In this document: positions 58,391 to 64,000 of the stretch, piece by piece
Layout of the letters: every line of letters starts with the position of its first letter
Position numbering within the stretch: the first letter of the stretch is position 1
Source: a virus
Length of the DNA stretch: 64,000 nt
IMG/VR virus record: IMGVR_UViG_3300023184_000035
Coordinates: 32,001 to 96,000 of that record
Strand: one strand, 5' to 3'
The notes under the pieces: model-generated
The model's database searches: none
Seen by the model: the letters and a program-made list of their open reading frames with translations, nothing else
Told to the model about the DNA's origin: nothing
Made by a program: the position numbers and the translations under genes

Positions 58391-58404
58391 GAAAAGGAAA
58401 TCAA

Positions 58405-58980
58405 ATGAAAGTTAATACAAATCGGCCCAATGCATTGGCATCGTGGTCATCTCGAGTTATCAAACTACTGGGACTGTTTTTGGTCATGCTGGTGGTTTGG
58501 AATGTGTGCCAAAGCAGATTGGCCTCACTACGAAGCGACCGGGCAGCCGGCATGGTGGGCTATGTGTCAGCAGAAGACAAATTACGACAATTGGATTGCC
58601 TAACCCGCAACATCTACTGGGAAGCAGCCTCAGAGCCGTTTGAGGGCAAAGTGGCAGTGGCGCAGGTCACGTTAAATAGAGTAGAGAGCGGCAGATTTGC
58701 CAACACTGTGTGCGGTGTGGTCTATCAAAAGAACGTGTTCTATGAAAAGGTAGTTTGCCAATTCTCGTGGTTCTGCGAAGGCAATCACAAGGTCCGAGCA
58801 GTGTATCAGCCCATGTGGCAAGAAAGCGAACTAGTGGCCAAAAAAGTACTATTGGAGAACTTCCGATTGCCCGGCATGAAAAATGCGTTATACTATCATG
58901 CTGACTATGTAAATCCCAACTGGCACAAAGCCCGAATTGACAAAATTGGTCGTCACATCTTTTATGGAGAAAAATCATGA
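58405..58980 (+). CDS. SleB-like cell wall hydrolase (Hydrolase_2)
   Basis: CL..NIYWEA..E, AVAQVTLNRV, CGVVYQ, CQFSW, YYHADYVNP.W, IGRHIFY. Confidence 0.93.
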   Translation: MKVNTNRPNALASWSSRVIKLLGLFLVMLVVWNVCQSRLASLRSDRAAGMVGYVSAEDKLRQLDCLTRNIYWEAASEPFEGKVAVAQVTLNRVESGRFANTVCGVVYQKNVFYEKVVCQFSWFCEGNHKVRAVYQPMWQESELVAKKVLLENFRLPGMKNALYYHADYVNPNWHKARIDKIGRHIFYGEKS

Positions 58981-59288
58981 ACGCCTGGCCCTTTAACTTA
59001 CAAATTGTTCGAGACTTTTTGAACAATCACCTGCACAAAATTTCAGCAGACACCCTGGGCTGGTTGGCAGCCATTGTGTTGCACTGTGCCACAATTCCTT
59101 CACTGCTGGCCTTGATGACTGGACTGAGTGATCGAGTGCCCAGCCTGGATGTGGTGGCGTTTCTTTGGGCAGGCCTAGTACTGCTGTTCCTGCGAGCCAT
59201 TGTGCTCAAAGATACCCTGAACATCATCACAATTGGTCTGGGGTTTATAGTGCAAGCCGGGCTCATGGCCCTGATCCTGTTTAGGTAA
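58977..59288 (+). CDS. 3-TM membrane protein
   Basis: Hydrophobic helices, ATGA-coupled to hydrolase. Confidence 0.7.
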   Translation: MNAWPFNLQIVRDFLNNHLHKISADTLGWLAAIVLHCATIPSLLALMTGLSDRVPSLDVVAFLWAGLVLLFLRAIVLKDTLNIITIGLGFIVQAGLMALILFR

Positions 59289-59330
59289 TACTTCAGTAGT
59301 ATTGACCAATAATTGCAATCCTGCTATAAT
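59285..59330 (+). promoter_or_regulatory. palindrome + early promoter
   Basis: GTAATACTTCAGTAGTA abutting TTGACC-17-TATAAT. Confidence 0.8.
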
Positions 59331-59361
59331 ACAGCATGATTAGCAACTCTGGAGTACTGCA

Positions 59362-59754
59362 ATGACCATGCATCTTGAAGGCCCATGGCTCAGCATGAGC
59401 GGCAAAAAGCGCGGCAAAGTAAAGTTTCGCAACGCTGAAGAAGCCCGACGTGCTAGAGAACTTGATGAGTCATGGCGAGAACTGCTGAAACGTCAAGGCG
59501 TGGAAGCAGAGCAAAAGCGTCAGACTCGTGCTATGACAGCACCCCCACTAGATTACAAGCTGACCACACCCGTGGGTCGTACCAACACACATCACATTCC
59601 CAGCCGTGACACAGGTGGCAACGCCACACTGGCCGCACCCAAAGTTTACACAGGTACCAAGGTCAAGGGCATTGCTACCATGCACAAGTCAAATGCTGTG
59701 CCGGTGTTCTCGGACGAGGAGGCAGTAGAAATTTCAAGGATGCGCCGTGGCTAA
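59362..59754 (+). CDS. conserved phage protein (GIATMHKSNAVPV motif)
   Basis: YTG..VKGIATMHKSNAVPVF. Confidence 0.78.
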   Translation: MTMHLEGPWLSMSGKKRGKVKFRNAEEARRARELDESWRELLKRQGVEAEQKRQTRAMTAPPLDYKLTTPVGRTNTHHIPSRDTGGNATLAAPKVYTGTKVKGIATMHKSNAVPVFSDEEAVEISRMRRG

Positions 59755-60315
59755 AATTAATCGTTGCACTTATTATTTTGAACTGCTGAAAAACCGTAGT
59801 GATGGTATCAATTCTTGGAAAGCCGGTGCATACTCAGCCGCAGGTTATGTGGGTGCATATTATGGCGGGCAAAGTAGACTGTCACATAACTGTGACAGGG
59901 TATGGATGCAAGGACCACGCGGTGGTGTCAAGATTATAAAAGATAGAATAAACTGGTACGGCGGTATGTATGGAAGATACATCACAAACAACAAAAAAGC
60001 CATGAAAGAGTTTGCCTGGATCAAACTGTCAGCACGGCCCTTGGAGTTAGGATGACATATCATTACTACGGTGTCAAAGGTGACTTTGCATGGAAATTGG
60101 CAGTGGACAATAAATTGCGCTCAACCAATATCAACCACGTTCCCCGACTCATGCGTGAAAGCGATCAAGTGTGGTGTCAAGGTCCACGTGGCGGTGTGCA
60201 GTTGATCAAGGGTGCATACTGGAACTACTGGGCCACATACTTGCGCCGGGATTCAGAAAAAATGAAACAGTTTACTTGGGTAAAATTACGAGCAAGGGCA
60301 TTAAAACAATCATGA
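59747..60315 (+). CDS. tandem paralogs (59747-60055, 60052-60315)
   Basis: Both have D.VW.QGPRGGV and MK.F.W.KL.AR. Confidence 0.75.
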
Positions 60316-60893
60316 ACTTTATAACATGGATTTTTAGACGAATCAAAAACAGTCAATCAGATTGGGTACGGGGTTATCACCGTTTGATCCTAGAGGAAAC
60401 ATTCCTGAGTATAGTGTTTACACTTGTGTGTGGAATTTTTTTGTATATTGTACCTGTGGGATTTCTGTTGATGCCCTACGTTGACCGTGCAGACACAGTC
60501 GTAACGATCATATGGGGTCTTGTAGCATCGGTTGTGATGTTCTATGTGTATCATTGGCTCATGGCCCTGCATGAAGTTTACCTGCTGGAAAGACAGAAAA
60601 CTTGGAACGCATTGTCCAGAAAGTAAAGTATGATCTACTACAAAATTCGCAAGAAGTCAGACCCTACTCAGTTTCGCAAAAGTGATGGCTCTTACAATAG
60701 CTCAGGCAAAGTGTATGACACCCTGGGCAAACTCAGAGCCGTTATTACCCAGCACATGAACGCTCACAATGCGTATTTTCGCGATCAACTACAAGATTGG
60801 GAGTTTGTGGAATACGAAGTAGTCGAGCGTGAAGTCCGGCAACTGGTTGATGTTGTGGACAAGAAAAAGGTCTGGGAGATACTGAAGCGATGA
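60312..60893 (+). CDS. membrane protein (60312-60626) and hypothetical protein (60630-60893)
   Basis: ORFs in operon. Confidence 0.65.
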
Positions 60894-61897
60894 TCAAACA
60901 AGAATTTCCCAACATTTACAAAATGACATTTCCTGAACATGCCGCTATGGTGATGAGACTTAATCTTCCATACACTGCTTACATTGATGAGCACAAGCAT
61001 ATTGCGGCCGAAACATGGTGCCGACAAACATTTGGCAGCAGATGGAGCATTGCCAGCACCGCTGGTAAGGGTGGCGTTTGGGCATGCAGGCATGGCGGTG
61101 TGGGTCATCACTGGCAATATTTGTTTGGCTTTGCTGAAGAAAAATACAAGACATGGTTTGAATTGAGGTGGTCATGAACAGCAAGCAAAGACGAAATCTT
61201 ACCCGTAAATTAAAATATCATATTACACTGGGATTTGATCCTGGAAATTATAATATTGAATTTGATGAAAATGTTGATAAAGCAATTGAATGGTGTATGA
61301 AGAAAACTACAGGGGCTTACCATATTGATAGTGACACCTACTTTGAAAAGGTTATTTTTAGATTTGAAAAAGAACGTGATGCGGTATTCTTTACGTTGAG
61401 GTGGGTATGAATACGGAACAAAGACGCAAAGCAATCAAGAAAAATCATGCCACAATGTTTGGACATAGTGTATTGCTTGACAGTGTCAGAAGTGGCTGGG
61501 CAAGGACTTGGTGTGAACAACAGTTTGGAAAACGCTACGAGGCTGTGGACAACGAACAAGGGCGGTGGGCATGTTTCTGGGGCGGCAGAGACCATCCCAG
61601 TCATTACAGATTTCATTTTGCAGATGATCAAGATCGTATGTGGTTTGTGTTGAGGTGGTCGTGATGTTGCTGGGACATGGCACAGTGTATGGCGCACAGT
61701 ATTATACTGTGGCTCCACCCATGGGCGGTACGCCCTGGCGTGATATGGAGGCCTGGTGCCAGGCGACATTTGGCGCCAGCACTGGCAGTATTTGGTCAGC
61801 CTGGCAGAAATCCAGCGAACGTTGGTATGTCAACAACAGCAAGTTTTGGTTCCGTGATGAAGCAGATAGAACCTGGTTCTTGTTGAGGTGGTCGTGA
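60890..61897 (+). CDS. four tandem paralogs ending F.LRW (60890-61177, 61174-61410, 61407-61664, 61664-61897)
   Basis: WC..(T/Q)FG..W and F.F..E.D..WF.LRW(S/V). Confidence 0.8.
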
Positions 61898-62052
61898 AGA
61901 ATTTATTGATAATGTATACTGTGTTGAGTTTGCAGGGCTGTGCTACAGCATTTGCAGTGGCCGATGTGGCTGGTGCCACTGTGGTGTATGCAGGAAAAAC
62001 TGTGGTCAACACAGTTGATGCCATCACCCCAGACATTGTAAACAAGAAATGA
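61894..62052 (+). CDS. small lipoprotein
   Basis: Lipobox LQGC. Confidence 0.55.
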   Translation: MKNLLIMYTVLSLQGCATAFAVADVAGATVVYAGKTVVNTVDAITPDIVNKK

Positions 62053-62285
62053 AAAAGTACTACGGTGGCATGAACGGCACTCAGAATCCTGATTTCCCAT
62101 ACCAGGTGCGTGTGATCAATTTCACTACTGAAATGTTTGCGTGGTGTGAAGACTATGATGATCAAGGTGACCCGTTGTGTAGATTTCACGTGAACTGGGA
62201 TTTGTATGGTAACGATTATGATCGTGTGACATTTGAGCAGGCGGCGCCGGCCATAATGTTTGCACTGAGATTTGGACGAGCATGA
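62049..62285 (+). CDS. small protein, F.LRW family (divergent)
   Basis: M..WC; VTFEQAAPAIMFALRF. Confidence 0.65.
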   Translation: MKKYYGGMNGTQNPDFPYQVRVINFTTEMFAWCEDYDDQGDPLCRFHVNWDLYGNDYDRVTFEQAAPAIMFALRFGRA

Positions 62286-62320
62286 GAAAGAAAAGTTTAT
62301 TAACTGCAAGAGGAGATTTT

Positions 62321-62740
62321 ATGGAAAACCCATTACCTTGGGAACAGCAAGAAGTATTTAGATTGTTAAAGGCACAGCCCGGCACCAGCTATCAAGAATC
62401 AGACGAAACAGGTCGACACATTTTTAGAGACTGGGTGCGCAACCTGTTGAATGTGAGCGAAATCACTGTGACGTTTGTCAAAGCAGATGGCAGTATTCGT
62501 GACATGCGATGCACCTTGGATGGTGATCGTATTCCGCCTCAACCCCCAAGAGCAGAAAAGCCGGCCAAAGAAGCACCTGTAGACGGCTTAAGGCAACATG
62601 GCTTCTTGGGAGAGGCTAAAGAAGTCACCAAACCCGAAGAATCGCACACCCAAAAAGTGTTTGACTTGGACGCAGGTGCCTGGCGCAGTTTCCGTTACGA
62701 TCGGCTCAAAAAGGTCACAGCCAGCATGAGTTTTGAATAA
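62321..62740 (+). CDS. WYL_2/Sm-like domain protein
   Basis: VTFVKADGS.R.M.CTL...VFDL....WRSFR. Confidence 0.8.
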   Translation: MENPLPWEQQEVFRLLKAQPGTSYQESDETGRHIFRDWVRNLLNVSEITVTFVKADGSIRDMRCTLDGDRIPPQPPRAEKPAKEAPVDGLRQHGFLGEAKEVTKPEESHTQKVFDLDAGAWRSFRYDRLKKVTASMSFE

Positions 62741-62747
62741 GTAACGC

Positions 62748-62966
62748 ATGGCCAAAGAAGAAACAATCAGCATGGAGGGCAAGGTTCAAGAAATCCTGCC
62801 CAACACCATGTTTAGGGTATTGCTGGACGATGTCAACACAGAAGTAATTGCATATCTATCGGGAAAAATGCGCACACACAACATCAAGGTGTTGCTGGGC
62901 GATAGAGTTGCTATGGAGTTCAGTCCCTATGATTTGACTCGTGGCCGTATCACACGCCGTAGATGA
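62748..62966 (+). CDS. infA: translation initiation factor IF-1
   Basis: MAKEE.I.MEG.V.E.LPN.MFRV..SGKMR...[17 protein letters not shown]. Confidence 0.96.
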   Translation: MAKEETISMEGKVQEILPNTMFRVLLDDVNTEVIAYLSGKMRTHNIKVLLGDRVAMEFSPYDLTRGRITRRR

Positions 62967-63688
62967 TAACAAGCACCACAAATCAAGTTCCGGAGTTGCA
63001 AGGGTTAATTCTCATTGACTGTTGGGAACCAAGCCAGAAAACCCGCCTGGTCATAAATCAATTCTATCAAAACATAATTGACAGCACTGTACAACACAAT
63101 TTTGTTTGTGTCATCAACAGCGGCAATAATATTTTGTTGGATTTAACAGATCACAGTTTTGCAAATTTGTTTTACCATCACTGCAACAACCGGTTGACTT
63201 GGCTGCCGGAACATTTACAACAACGACACAATCGTGTGATTGCCAACAGTTGTAGGTGGGCTGGTCAAAGTCACATCAACAAAGAATCACAAAGCAATTC
63301 TAGCTCTAGACTTTTACACAATCATTTCTTAACCCAGGAACGCGGAATCTACATCATGGATCCGTTGGATCTTGTGTTTCATAACCAATTGGTATTTTCA
63401 GGCCAGGTCAAAAATTGGTTAATTGTTGGCCGTAGTTGGCAAATGTGTGTTCACAGCAATGGCCTAGGGCTCAACAATCTAGCAGAATTATCCAGCAGGT
63501 TTGACTTGAATTTTTATGCCACAGATTACAGTTTTTTAAAAGAAGATAATGAAACCATGGCCACGCATGCGGATTTTGAATCTGATGAACTGGAGTGGGC
63601 AGTTGTGAGCAACTTTGGGTATCAATTGGTACCGTCAACCAAACGCAACCGATACTCTGAAATACTTGCTAAATATCTTTATGCGTGA
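62963..63688 (+). CDS. hypothetical protein (isochorismatase-like motifs)
   Basis: [17 protein letters not shown]. Confidence 0.55.
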   Translation: MITSTTNQVPELQGLILIDCWEPSQKTRLVINQFYQNIIDSTVQHNFVCVINSGNNILLDLTDHSFANLFYHHCNNRLTWLPEHLQQRHNRVIANSCRWAGQSHINKESQSNSSSRLLHNHFLTQERGIYIMDPLDLVFHNQLVFSGQVKNWLIVGRSWQMCVHSNGLGLNNLAELSSRFDLNFYATDYSFLKEDNETMATHADFESDELEWAVVSNFGYQLVPSTKRNRYSEILAKYLYA

Positions 63689-64000
63689 ACACATCAACCT
63701 GGTAGAAGCCAGCACCAGACCGGCAAAATTAGAAACCACTCCCTTGCCCTACGGACCCAAGGACCTGGCACCTGTTATGAGTGCCGAAACCATTGATTAT
63801 CATTTTGAACATTTGGCCAAAGGGTATGCCAAGCGTTACAATGCCGGAGAAGGCAATGCAGATTTCAATCGCGCTGGTAGCTTTTTACACAACAAGTTTT
63901 TCCCGCAACTGCAACCGGTCAAGGGCGCCAACAGACCTCGTGGTGCTGCACTTGCGTTGATTGAAGAGCACTTTAAAACCTACGAAGATTTCAAAGAAGC
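63681..64000 (+). CDS. Fe/Mn superoxide dismutase (3'-truncated by window)
   Basis: PLPY...LAPVMSAETIDYH, FN.AG..LHN.FF, I...F..YEDFK. Confidence 0.88.
   Translation, partial: MREHINLVEASTRPAKLETTPLPYGPKDLAPVMSAETIDYHFEHLAKGYAKRYNAGEGNADFNRAGSFLHNKFFPQLQPVKGANRPRGAALALIEEHFKTYEDFKE

Noticed and set aside
1-64000. Stop-codon reassignment; bacterial chromosome origin
   Set aside because: Known genes are full length in code 11; isolated host-like genes among dense small ORFs and phage-type promoters indicate a phage

Overview
A 64-kb segment of a large dsDNA tailed-phage genome (jumbo/T4-like character). It is gene-dense, read in the standard code, and carries sigma70-type early promoters and TAAATA-type late promoters. 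Host-like genes (Neisseria/Burkholderia-type porin, PstS, ClpP, DUF3563-like and phasin-like proteins) suggest a betaproteobacterial, probably freshwater, host; this is inference. The left half (1-36 kb) holds host-takeover and auxiliary genes: DNA ligase, ClpX/ClpS/two ClpP, Hsp20, bS21, a plcP-agt-like lipid-remodelling pair, PstS and a porin, a CphA-like ATP-grasp ligase, glycosyltransferases, UDP-sugar dehydrogenase, an amidinotransferase, UvsE and a long repeat-rich fibre protein. The right half is mostly small early genes in promoter cassettes, plus PBP7, NadE, a SleB-type hydrolase, IF-1 and SOD. Main highlights: (1) matching Pho-box promoters on both pstS and the plcP-agt pair, which points to a phage-borne, phosphate-starvation-controlled membrane phospholipid replacement system; (2) a repeated palindrome/terminator/promoter cassette that supplies the stop codon of the upstream gene; (3) three unexplained, highly structured non-coding regions; (4) a ParB-like + GIY-YIG + HNH-like three-gene operon; (5) SOD and a nuclease-like protein with capsid-targeting-like N-termini. 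All calls come from motif recognition by eye; no searches were run.
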